From Nanobdellota archaeon (GTDB lineage Archaea > Nanobdellota > Nanobdellia > Woesearchaeales > JACPBV01): a stretch of DNA of 58,733 bases. The notes under the pieces are model-generated. The model was not told where the DNA came from. It saw nothing but the letters and a program-made list of their open reading frames with translations, and did no database searches. Numbering within the stretch: position 1 is the stretch's first letter; each line of letters begins with the position of its first letter. A program made the position numbers and the translations under genes. The stretch covers positions 1-58,733 of the forward strand of contig JAYEIZ010000160.1 of the NCBI GenBank assembly GCA_034660355.1, written 5' to 3'. Of the stretch, positions 26,688-35,229 are shown in pieces.

Positions 26688-26849
26688 TTATTTCTTATTA
26701 ACTATATAGATAGCTGCAACTTTACAGATCTTACGAACTACACCTTTCCAGCCTGTTGCTGTATCAGGAATAGCTTTAGCTGTAAATTCTGCAATCTGCC
26801 TAACTACAAGAGCAATAAATGCGATTTGTTCAGGGGTTAGATTTTCCAT
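26688..26849 (-). CDS. Small ORF (53 aa) in the lysis cassette, not in the ORF track
   Basis: My translation is MENLTPEQIAFIALVVRQIAEFTAKAIPDTATGWKGVVRKICKVAAIYIVNKK. RBS AAGGA lies 8 nt upstream of ATG 26849, and it ends 1 nt before the i-spanin start. Confidence 0.35.
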   Translation of the reverse strand: MENLTPEQIAFIALVVRQIAEFTAKAIPDTATGWKGVVRKICKVAAIYIVNKK

Positions 26850-26860
26850 AATATTATCCT

Positions 26861-27142
26861 TTATTTAATAAATTTAAAGTAGGCTATAAATGCACTAAAA
26901 CAAGCCGATATTCCTGCAAGAGAAGCGTATAACTCCCGTCTTGTAGGATAACGTTTGTCCAACTCTTTATCTGCAAGAGCTTTCTTTAGAGCTTCCATAG
27001 AACCCATTATAACCATATGATGTTCTTTTTCAACATCAATTCTTGCGACATGGCGTTCTTGAGATAGTTTAGTATTATTCTCAACAATAGTTTCAAGCTT
27101 AACCATTCGTTCAAGCATATCTGGAGGACATTGTTTACACAT
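26861..27142 (-). CDS. C-terminally membrane-anchored coiled-coil protein (93 aa); possible holin-like/lysis-associated protein
   Basis: Single hydrophobic helix 'LYASLAGISACFSAFIAYF' at the extreme C-terminus. Positioned upstream of the spanin/endolysin genes. Confidence 0.4.
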   Translation of the reverse strand: MCKQCPPDMLERMVKLETIVENNTKLSQERHVARIDVEKEHHMVIMGSMEALKKALADKELDKRYPTRRELYASLAGISACFSAFIAYFKFIK

Positions 27143-27288
27143 TATTCACCTATCTTTTCTTTAAGCATAGCACGTGCTGATTCAATACCAAAGGTAATAA
27201 CACGATTCTTAAACCATATTTCAGGTTCTCCTGTAAACTGACTAAGTAGAGCTTTCTCTCTATCAGTTAGATCTTCATACATTAACAT
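27142..27288 (-). CDS. Small ORF (48 aa), not in the ORF track
   Basis: My translation is MLMYEDLTDREKALLSQFTGEPEIWFKNRVITFGIESARAMLKEKIGE. Its stop overlaps the next ATG by 1 nt. Confidence 0.3.
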   Translation of the reverse strand: MLMYEDLTDREKALLSQFTGEPEIWFKNRVITFGIESARAMLKEKIGE

Positions 27289-27289
27289 A

Positions 27290-27580
27290 TTAATAACTCA
27301 ACCTAGCTTCAGCACTACCACTTGTGTATGCTTCCATTGTTAATCTGTATTCTACATTAGGCTCTGTAGCTTCAAAGGAACTCTCTGTAGGTACTGTGAA
27401 TGTATCTGTAGTCAACCAATCAGCAGTATTACGAAATTTTCTCTGTAGAGCTATTGTACCAGCAAATGTACCTGTTATAGATAAATTAACTAGTTGACGT
27501 ATTCTAACTGATTTAACAGGTATTAGAGAATCTGTAGATTCATCTAATGCTGTAAGTGTATTTACTGTCTTGTATTGCAT
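27290..27580 (-). CDS. Hypothetical tail-associated protein (96 aa)
   Basis: Start moved to ATG 27580 (GGAGGA 8 nt upstream) instead of the track start 27595. Beta-rich sequence downstream of the fibre genes. Confidence 0.5.
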   Translation of the reverse strand: MQYKTVNTLTALDESTDSLIPVKSVRIRQLVNLSITGTFAGTIALQRKFRNTADWLTTDTFTVPTESSFEATEPNVEYRLTMEAYTSGSAEARLSY

Positions 27581-27581
27581 A

Positions 27582-28163
27582 TTACCATCCTCCATTTAGA
27601 TCTATAGCATTCAGTATTTCAATCGTTGTAGCTTGTGTAATTTCACCTTTAAGACTTAGCTTATTTTTAATTATACTTTCATGTTTCATTACACAATCAA
27701 TAATTAAATTATCAAACTCATCAGGTGTAAACGTATGTTTAACGTAGTCATTACTATACCAAGTAGGTGTAGCACTTGAAGCATCTAAGTTACGCATTGA
27801 ACTAATAGAACTTTCACTAATAGAAAATGTTCCGTCAGTGCGTACAAGTCCTTTGTCTAACTCTGTTTTAGCTAGGTTAGATACTGTTGATAGTTTGGAT
27901 TGTTTAGCTTTATCTAACCTATCTTGCATAAACTCATCATACATAGTCTGATTAGATATACCCCAGTCAGTATCATAAGACAGAGTTCCTCCACCTATCC
28001 ATATATCAGGACTAGCTATATCTTCTATGACTTCGTGTGTAGCTATCCGAATATCAAACGCTCTTAAAGGTTTAGACATTCCTTTATCTGTTAAGATTAC
28101 CTCATCGGTATCTTGTAATAGATAGAGAACTTTCTTACTCTCTTTTTCTCTAATTATCTTCAT
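27582..28163 (-). CDS. Possible tail-fibre assembly/chaperone protein (193 aa)
   Basis: ATGA overlap with the stop of the fibre gene. Assignment rests on position only. Confidence 0.35.
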   Translation of the reverse strand: MKIIREKESKKVLYLLQDTDEVILTDKGMSKPLRAFDIRIATHEVIEDIASPDIWIGGGTLSYDTDWGISNQTMYDEFMQDRLDKAKQSKLSTVSNLAKTELDKGLVRTDGTFSISESSISSMRNLDASSATPTWYSNDYVKHTFTPDEFDNLIIDCVMKHESIIKNKLSLKGEITQATTIEILNAIDLNGGW

Positions 28164-29974
28164 CGTTCTGTAACTCCTTCAAGAATAATAGTATCAGCTG
28201 CAACAGCTCTACCTACATAAGCAATACCAGTTGTACCTAATGTACCTGTTGCATTTAAGTAATAATCTTCACCTACAGATAAACCTGATTGATTATCATC
28301 AGCACCGCCTGCTGTATTTATTTCACAAGACTGCCCTGTTGTTTTAGTTTCTGTAGCAACTCCTATCCAATCAGCAGCGTTAGAGGATTCTGTAGTCATT
28401 ACAACAGCAGTTCCGTAATCGCTATTTCCTTCGTCTTGATAACACAGCACAACTTTAGCAGTATCGATTTGACAGCAGGAAATGTATTCTGTACTAGCAC
28501 TCTCAAAGACAACTGGACTTCCACTAAATGAGATACCTGTTCCTGATACAGTTCCTACAATGGCAGTACCGTAGCCACTATTTCCAACATCTTGATAACA
28601 CAGCACAACTTTATTAGTGTCCACTAAGCAACAAGAGATGTAAGATGTACTAGCACTCTCGAATACAGCAGCCGTTCCAAAAGAAATACTTGTCCCAGAA
28701 ACTGTGCCTACTATAGCAGTACCGTAGCCATTATTTCCAGCGTCTCTATACCCTATTACTATTTTACTTGTGTCAATTAAACAACATGAGATGTAAGATG
28801 TACTAGCACTCTCAAAGACTACAGGACTTCCAAATGAAATTGACGTACCTGAAACTGTGCCTACTATAGTAGTTCCGTAATTACTGTTTCCACCATCTCT
28901 ATACCCTATTACAGCTTTATCTGTATCAACCTGGCAGCAAGAAATATGAGTTGTAATAGCACTCTCGAATACAGCAGCCGTTCCAAAAGAAATACTTGTT
29001 CCAGAAACTGTGCCTACAATGGCAGTTCCATACTGACTATTTCCATAATCTTGATACCCTATTACAACTTTGTTTGTATCAACCTGATAACATGAGATGT
29101 AATATGTAGCAGCACTCTCAAATACTACTAGCGAGCCAAATGAGATACCTGTCCCAGAAACTGTGCCTACTATAGCAGTACCGTAGCCACTATTTCCAAC
29201 ATCTTGATAACACAGCACAAATTTATTAGTGTCCACTAAGCAACAAGAGGTATAATTTACAAGAGCACTCTCAAAGACTACAGGACTTCCAAATGAAATT
29301 GACGTACCTGAAACTGTGCCTACTATAGCAGTACCGTAGCCATTATTTCCACCATCTGCATAACCTATTACAATTTTGTTTGTATCCACTTTACAACAAG
29401 AGATATATCTTGTATCAGCACTCTCAAAGACAACTGGAGTACCTCCTTCAAATACTGTTCCTTTCACTTTCTCAATATCACCACTATTAACAGCAGCTAC
29501 GAAATCACCGACAGTAACATCATCTGCAAGAGTAACGGTAGATGTACTGCTACCTCCTCCACCTGCAGCGGCTAATTGCTTAGCATTAATACATCTAGTT
29601 TCATCTGTACCTGTTGTAGCTTCAGCATCAGTACATATTTCAATAAGTCCTGCGTGGGTAGCAGAGGCTGCTTTATCTATAGATTCTGGAACTCCTGCAT
29701 CTGTAGTAGCAAGTAGTTTACTGTTACCAAAAGTATGAGCTAGTTTAGTTAAATCTACACTATTATCTGATGGTGTTCCTCCACTGCCTTCAAACTCTGT
29801 CCAAGCTCCTGCTAAACGTTTATATATTGTACCATTTGTACGGAAATAGAAATCTCCATCAACACCATCAACATCTGCAGGTGCATCTGTACCTGTCCAT
29901 AGAGTACCTGTACCTATTAGAAAGCCATCACTATTAGTACCTGAATGACCGCCAATACTACCTAATCTATCCAT
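28160..29974 (-). CDS. Tail fibre / receptor-binding protein with seven tandem 51-aa repeats (predicted 7-bladed beta-propeller)
   Basis: N-terminal fibre-type segment 'DGDFYFRTNGTIYKRLAGAW'. Residues about 179-527 are 7 copies of 'VVFESA.T.YISCC.VDTNK.V.GY.D.GN.GYGTAIVGTVSGTSISFG'. Confidence 0.75.
   Translation of the reverse strand: MDRLGSIGGHSGTNSDGFLIGTGTLWTGTDAPADVDGVDGDFYFRTNGTIYKRLAGAWTEFEGSGGTPSDNSVDLTKLAHTFGNSKLLATTDAGVPESIDKAASATHAGLIEICTDAEATTGTDETRCINAKQLAAAGGGGSSTSTVTLADDVTVGDFVAAVNSGDIEKVKGTVFEGGTPVVFESADTRYISCCKVDTNKIVIGYADGGNNGYGTAIVGTVSGTSISFGSPVVFESALVNYTSCCLVDTNKFVLCYQDVGNSGYGTAIVGTVSGTGISFGSLVVFESAATYYISCYQVDTNKVVIGYQDYGNSQYGTAIVGTVSGTSISFGTAAVFESAITTHISCCQVDTDKAVIGYRDGGNSNYGTTIVGTVSGTSISFGSPVVFESASTSYISCCLIDTSKIVIGYRDAGNNGYGTAIVGTVSGTSISFGTAAVFESASTSYISCCLVDTNKVVLCYQDVGNSGYGTAIVGTVSGTGISFSGSPVVFESASTEYISCCQIDTAKVVLCYQDEGNSDYGTAVVMTTESSNAADWIGVATETKTTGQSCEINTAGGADDNQSGLSVGEDYYLNATGTLGTTGIAYVGRAVAADTIILEGVTER
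28394..29440 (-). repeat. Seven in-frame tandem repeats of about 153 bp (coding)
   Basis: Period 51 aa (PVVFES at residues 180, 231, 282, 333, 384, 435, 487). Repeats 2 and 6 are nearly identical at protein level. Confidence 0.9.
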
Positions 29975-29992
29975 TAATTAATCTCCTCTAAC

Positions 29993-30018
29993 TAGGGAGT
30001 AGAATTGACTACTCCCTA
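29993..30018 (-). other. Intercistronic 10-bp stem-loop between two fibre genes
   Basis: tagggagtag (29993-30002), loop aattga, ctactcccta (30009-30018). No U-run follows on the minus strand, and the RBS GAGGAG of the next gene follows. Likely an mRNA stability/processing element. Confidence 0.4.
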
Positions 30019-30029
30019 ATCTAGTTAAA

Positions 30030-31562
30030 TCATGTTTGTGTATTTTCAACAACAATTTCTAAAGTACCTGCTGTAGGTATAGCAGATGTAGCATCATTAG
30101 CTGTTCTAAATTCAACAGTTAATGTATCTCCTTTAATGTCGGTTAAACACATACCACCTTTCTGATTGTATACTATATCTGAAGTATCAATAACACCAAA
30201 AGGTATAAGAATATTTACACCATCTGTAATACGCAAACCAGCAACAGAGTTTCCAGAGAATGCTGTACCTACTTTAACAACAGCTTTACTAAGCCTAATC
30301 TTCCCTGCAGGTACTGGTAATGCACTACCTATACTGAATGTATTATTAACACTATCTGCAGTAACAGTAGCTTCACGATTAACTCCACCAGCATTTGCTG
30401 CAACATAATTAGCTACTGCTTTACAAGTAGGAAGCTCATCATCAACATCTGTTACAGTAGTAGCTATATTATCTACAGTAGCTCCAGCAGCAAATGTAAG
30501 AGTAGACAGTTTCATTCCTGAGTCAGACTCTACAACACCTGTACCTTTAGCATTAAGTTTAAGATCAATATTTGTATCAGTACCTACTGCTTCTAAGGTA
30601 AGCACATTACCTGTAGCAGATGGAGTAAATCTAAGATGATTGACTTGGTCAGCAACTTCTACTGTTTCAAATACTAAATCACCACCATCATCATATAGAT
30701 CTGTAACATAGCTAAATACTGGATCACTTGCATTAACTCCTGTAAGTACCTGATTATTTACACCTACAGCAGTAACAGATAATGCTCCAGTACCAGAGCC
30801 AATAATAACTCCATGATCTGTAGCAGTATTAATACCAGTACCACCATAAGGTACTGAGAGAGCTACTGAAGCTGAAACAATAACTGTATCATCAATAGCA
30901 AAACCTTCACCTGTCTCAACATTCAAAGTCTTACTTGATGTTATATTATCTGCAGTATCATCAAATAGTAAAGTTTCTCCAGTATATCTATTAACAGTAC
31001 AAGCAGTAATATTACCGCCATCAGAGGTTATTGTTAATACATCTGCTGCCCATGATGCACCTAGTCCAGTAACTGCTGCAATTAGTTCTGCAACTCCTGT
31101 ACCAGTTTCACCTGAAGTAAGGTCAATGTTTTTAGCTCCAACTACTGAATCTGTAATATTAGCAAATCTGGAAGTAGCTGCTTGTACATTAGTCAGTGCA
31201 ACAGTTACAGATGCTCCTGGCACACCCTGTGCTGAACCACCTGCTAATGCTCCACCAGTAACTACCATAAAACCACCACCATCTCCAGTAGTTGTAGTAG
31301 GTGTAGTATTAGCAGCAATCTCTAACTGTTTATCTGGGATGACAATCATCTCACCACCATAAAACTGTCCATCAATAGATACATCACCTGTAAAGTGAGC
31401 ATCTACTACTTGTAGATCTTTTGCCCTGAAATCTGCATAAGCATCTCCAGCATTATTACGTATTTCAATACCATCAGTTACAGATTTCAGAGCATTACCT
31501 CCAATACCTAATGTAACTTCGGTAGCTAAACCGTTAATATCATATTCTCTTATATTAGTCAT
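30030..31562 (-). CDS. Tail fibre/spike protein (510 aa)
   Basis: G/T/A/V-rich beta-type sequence. The C-terminal ~115 aa are homologous to the C-terminus of the 666-aa fibre ('TADSVNN.F.IG..LP...FSGNSVAG..ITDG.N......TPAIPTAG'). Confidence 0.6.
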   Translation of the reverse strand: MTNIREYDINGLATEVTLGIGGNALKSVTDGIEIRNNAGDAYADFRAKDLQVVDAHFTGDVSIDGQFYGGEMIVIPDKQLEIAANTTPTTTTGDGGGFMVVTGGALAGGSAQGVPGASVTVALTNVQAATSRFANITDSVVGAKNIDLTSGETGTGVAELIAAVTGLGASWAADVLTITSDGGNITACTVNRYTGETLLFDDTADNITSSKTLNVETGEGFAIDDTVIVSASVALSVPYGGTGINTATDHGVIIGSGTGALSVTAVGVNNQVLTGVNASDPVFSYVTDLYDDGGDLVFETVEVADQVNHLRFTPSATGNVLTLEAVGTDTNIDLKLNAKGTGVVESDSGMKLSTLTFAAGATVDNIATTVTDVDDELPTCKAVANYVAANAGGVNREATVTADSVNNTFSIGSALPVPAGKIRLSKAVVKVGTAFSGNSVAGLRITDGVNILIPFGVIDTSDIVYNQKGGMCLTDIKGDTLTVEFRTANDATSAIPTAGTLEIVVENTQT

Positions 31563-31583
31563 AAATATGTTCCTTGTATAATT

Positions 31584-32030
31584 TTAAATATAGCTGATTA
31601 GTAACGTCCCTGTTCCATCAGTAGCTCCATCAATATCTTGGAAAAACTTAATTATAGTTTCATTTCCAATTTCCAACATATTGACAGTTTTATACGCTTG
31701 TGCTTCTTTTAAGAAAGCAGTAGGCATATCCATTAATAGTGAATGATCTGCATCTGTACCTATCTGTATATTAGGAGCAACAGAATCGTATATTGTACCT
31801 ATACGTATCTGTGTAGCTTTAACTACAGAATCTGCAGGTATTGTAACAAGTTCAGTACCATTAGGAGTATCTTTAGAGAACTCTCTTTTAAGTACTTTAA
31901 GTAATCCACTAGTGTCAGCTTCAATATTCATAGCTAACTTAACACTATCATCGAAGTTTCCTTCGTCATCTGTTAATACTAAACTATTTGGTTTAAGTAT
32001 TACTGATGCTTTATGATTTATAATACTCAT
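31584..32030 (-). CDS. Hypothetical tail protein (148 aa)
   Basis: ORF between the two fibre genes. No motif recognised. Confidence 0.45.
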   Translation of the reverse strand: MSIINHKASVILKPNSLVLTDDEGNFDDSVKLAMNIEADTSGLLKVLKREFSKDTPNGTELVTIPADSVVKATQIRIGTIYDSVAPNIQIGTDADHSLLMDMPTAFLKEAQAYKTVNMLEIGNETIIKFFQDIDGATDGTGTLLISYI

Positions 32031-32036
32031 AATAGA

Positions 32037-34037
32037 TTACCCTTTTGCTATAATCTTTACATTACCTGCTGTAGGTATTGCTGGAGTAACTCCGTCTGCT
32101 TCTACAAATTCAGCTTTCAATACTTTACCTTTAATATCTATAGTACTTCCAGAAGCATCTTGTTCATATACTGTATCTATAATATTCAATATACCAGAAG
32201 TTACAAGAGTATTTGTTCCATCAGTAATCTTTATACCTGCTACAGAGTTACCTGTAAATGCTACAGAGAATTTACTTTGAACACTACTCAGGAATACTGC
32301 ATCTACTACAGTAGGTAAAACTATACCAATATCAAAAATACTATTAACACTATCAGCTGTTATTGTTACATGTCTCTGGAAATTATCAACACTTCCAGCA
32401 GCAGTCTCTGCAGCTACTTGAGCTGTCTCTGCGTCTGTAGCACTATCTGATGCAGCAATAGCACTTAGAGCTGCTGCACTTGCACTAGCTGCAGCTTCTC
32501 CTGTAGCAGTAGGACTAAATGATGTAGAACGTACTTCTACAATATCACTCTTTGCCAACTCATAAGGGAATGTTGGATTAGGTGTATAGTTTGCTGTATG
32601 TTGTACCGCATCAAATACAATGATGTTTTCTAAGAAAAAGTCTGGAGATTGAGCTCCACCATAAAATTGCCCAATCTTAAAATCAACCGAGGTGCTTCTA
32701 GTTCCTGTCCCTGTAATAGTAGAACCCTTTTGAACTCCGTCAATAAAGAACCTACTAGCCCCAGCAGTAAAATCATAATTAAACTCAAACTCATAAGTAG
32801 TACCTGCAACGGGCGTATTCCAATAAAATAAAGATTCACCTATTAAACTACCAGAATCATCATAAGCTATAGCTCTGACATATCCATTTGTGTAATGATA
32901 AATACTAATCCAACTACTCACTCCTGTTCTTGTTGTACTGATAAAATATTGAGCTGTCGCTGGAATGCCAGAATAATTAAGATTAACTTTCAACCTAATA
33001 CAACCAATTTGGGCATTATCTATATTACCACTTCCAGAATATGTTAAACCTCTACCTGAAACAGCTCCTGTAAGGTCTAATGAGTTCCCTGTAATTACTG
33101 CTCCATTCAAAGCAGTACCTAGTAAACTACCACCGCCCCAGTTTAGATTAATATCATCTGTATACAAAGCACCGCATTGACTATCAACAGGGACTTCTTC
33201 TCCAAAGGTTAATCTTGTATCGCTTGTGCGTGTAAGTCTGCTTTTAGGTTCTTTGTGCCCATTCACAAAACAAGCTATATTATCTAAATCCGAAGCTAAT
33301 ACAAAAGGTGTATCAGTATAAGTTTCCCCTCCTGTTGCCTCCTCCTCGTGATAATTAACTACAATATTATTAGCAGATGCTTCAGCATCAACTGCACTTG
33401 CAGCTGCATTGGTTTCAGCAGTCTCAGCATTAGTTTCAGCTAATTGAGCAGCTATAGCACTAACACTAGAAGCGTTTGCTGCAGCTATTGCCTCACCTAC
33501 AGCTGTAGGTTTAAATGACATTGATCTAACTTCTACAATATCACCATTATTTAATGGAGTAGAGAATGATAATCTAGTATCTGAAGTACGAGTTAATTCA
33601 CTATCTGGTTTTTTATACCCATTTACAAAACAAGCAATATTCTTTGTATCTTGAGCTAATGTAAATGAAGTATCCACATAGGTTTCACCACCTGTAGCAG
33701 TTTCCTCAAGATAATCTATATCAACATTCTGAATACTAGCTTCACTAAAAGAGTCTGCTAACATAGCTGTATTAACTCGAATCTCTAGTGCAGATCCACT
33801 TGTAAATGCAAGAGCAGCAGTTCCATCAACACCTCTTTCACAAGTAAGAACATCTCCAGTTACATCTGTAACTTTTATGATTTCATGAAAACTATCTTCT
33901 TGTAAGGTAGCATAGAAATAATCGACTGCAGTTAAAGCAGGGAACCCAGATACATTATCTACTGTTATAGATGTATCTGTATCTGTGATATTCCCTATAA
34001 TAAAAGTAGCTGCATTATTTGAAAATTTAACAGGCAT
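32037..34037 (-). CDS. Tail fibre protein (666 aa) with duplicated module and an inserted concanavalin/LamG-like domain
   Basis: Conserved phage fibre N-terminus ('YFYATLQEDSFHEIIKVTDVTGDVLTCERGVDGT'). The module 'ATGGETY.DT.F.LA.D..NIACFVNG.K.P.S.LTRTSDTRL.F' occurs twice. The second copy is interrupted by ~215 aa with lectin-like features. Confidence 0.7.
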   Translation of the reverse strand: MPVKFSNNAATFIIGNITDTDTSITVDNVSGFPALTAVDYFYATLQEDSFHEIIKVTDVTGDVLTCERGVDGTAALAFTSGSALEIRVNTAMLADSFSEASIQNVDIDYLEETATGGETYVDTSFTLAQDTKNIACFVNGYKKPDSELTRTSDTRLSFSTPLNNGDIVEVRSMSFKPTAVGEAIAAANASSVSAIAAQLAETNAETAETNAAASAVDAEASANNIVVNYHEEEATGGETYTDTPFVLASDLDNIACFVNGHKEPKSRLTRTSDTRLTFGEEVPVDSQCGALYTDDINLNWGGGSLLGTALNGAVITGNSLDLTGAVSGRGLTYSGSGNIDNAQIGCIRLKVNLNYSGIPATAQYFISTTRTGVSSWISIYHYTNGYVRAIAYDDSGSLIGESLFYWNTPVAGTTYEFEFNYDFTAGASRFFIDGVQKGSTITGTGTRSTSVDFKIGQFYGGAQSPDFFLENIIVFDAVQHTANYTPNPTFPYELAKSDIVEVRSTSFSPTATGEAAASASAAALSAIAASDSATDAETAQVAAETAAGSVDNFQRHVTITADSVNSIFDIGIVLPTVVDAVFLSSVQSKFSVAFTGNSVAGIKITDGTNTLVTSGILNIIDTVYEQDASGSTIDIKGKVLKAEFVEADGVTPAIPTAGNVKIIAKG

Positions 34038-34050
34038 AGCTTAGCACCTC

Positions 34051-34500
34051 TTACTCGTTTGTAATTACCCAACTAACTGTCATTGGATCTAGTTCACCTT
34101 TATTCACTACAGCAAATATAGCATGAGCTAACATTGTACCACCTGAAGCAGCATTAAATAGTCCCACTTCTGTAACAGGAGTTTTATCTGGATCAGTTAC
34201 ATCAGGCACATCAGCAGGGAATGTAGCTTCATAAGTAATAGTATTACCACTCACAACACCTCCAGATACATTCAAAGCAACTCTAGCTACTTCAGTACCG
34301 AGAGTAGTATCTCCCAGTGCAGCTGCAGTAGTGTTTGTACCAATAGCCATATGAGTCATCACATCAGCTGTAGCATCTTTCATACGAGAGGTAATGAACT
34401 CATGCCCAGTAGTTACTACCATATTCTCTATACAGCGTACATGTACACCATTGAGGTAAATATCTACTCTTCCTCGAGATTTTACTTTACTATTAAACAT
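34051..34500 (-). CDS. Hypothetical tail protein (149 aa)
   Basis: ORF in the tail block. No motif recognised. Confidence 0.45.
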   Translation of the reverse strand: MFNSKVKSRGRVDIYLNGVHVRCIENMVVTTGHEFITSRMKDATADVMTHMAIGTNTTAAALGDTTLGTEVARVALNVSGGVVSGNTITYEATFPADVPDVTDPDKTPVTEVGLFNAASGGTMLAHAIFAVVNKGELDPMTVSWVITNE

Positions 34501-34514
34501 TTTAATTACTCCAA

Positions 34515-34832
34515 TTAATTTAATGTACGTGTGTTGAGCGGAGACCCATTCAACAAAGAAGTAGGTACAATTACAATAATAGTTGTACCTCTTATAGTTA
34601 TTGAAAGATTATCTACAGTAGTTACTTTATCTACAAGATTCTTTGTAACCATTAAAGATAATACATCGTTAGGTGTATTTACATCAGTAAGGTTTTTAGT
34701 GAATGAAAGTATAGTTATATCTGAAACTGTTACAGTTTCTCTAAACTTACGATTCTTACTATTATAGTTAAGTGAAGAGATTGCTTCAGTCTTAGGATAA
34801 TGTATACTTACTGTTGCACGGTACTCTGACAT
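34515..34832 (-). CDS. Hypothetical tail protein (105 aa)
   Basis: ORF whose ATG overlaps the upstream stop (TAATG). Confidence 0.45.
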   Translation of the reverse strand: MSEYRATVSIHYPKTEAISSLNYNSKNRKFRETVTVSDITILSFTKNLTDVNTPNDVLSLMVTKNLVDKVTTVDNLSITIRGTTIIVIVPTSLLNGSPLNTRTLN

Positions 34833-35209
34833 TAGAAGTCTTCCCGTACTTTAAATTTCATACGATCGAAGATAGTTAATATACTTCCGTCTTCATAAGT
34901 AATAAATATCTCACCTTCATATGTACCTGCTGGTACATCTAATGTAGTAGGATTCCATATCATGAAGCACACACCTGCTGTATATGGAGCTATTATCGTA
35001 CAGGTAATAGTATCAAGTATTGTCTTAGAACCCAATGCTCTAAAATGAACTCTAACTATACTTCCTGTAAGATCTATAGGTAACCATGTCTCTGGGTCAT
35101 CTGGATCTAAATTAACACCTGCAGCAGCAGTATTTGAATCACGGAGAGTGAGTGTAATTTCTGGTTTGTCATCTCCAGCTACTAGATTAATTGTATCGTA
35201 AAAAGCGAT
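34832..35209 (-). CDS. Ig-like (BppU-type) tail protein, probably 125 aa starting at a non-canonical ATC/ATT codon
   Basis: The track gives only a TTG-initiated 67-aa piece (34832-35035). The same frame is open back to a TAG at 35219-35221 and encodes 'PEITLTLRDSNTAAAGVNLDPDDPETWLPIDLTGSIVRVHF...', the first half of the domain. AGGAG (35216-35220) precedes ATT 35212 and ATC 35209. No ATG/GTG/TTG occurs before 35035. Confidence 0.5.
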   Translation of the reverse strand: MAFYDTINLVAGDDKPEITLTLRDSNTAAAGVNLDPDDPETWLPIDLTGSIVRVHFRALGSKTILDTITCTIIAPYTAGVCFMIWNPTTLDVPAGTYEGEIFITYEDGSILTIFDRMKFKVREDF

Positions 35210-35229
35210 AATACTCTCCTATAGTTTAA

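Noticed and set aside
28394-29440. Regularly spaced ~153-bp repeats that could superficially suggest a CRISPR-like array
   Set aside because: The repeats are contiguous with no unique spacers, are in frame, and encode a conserved 51-aa protein unit inside a 604-aa fibre ORF.
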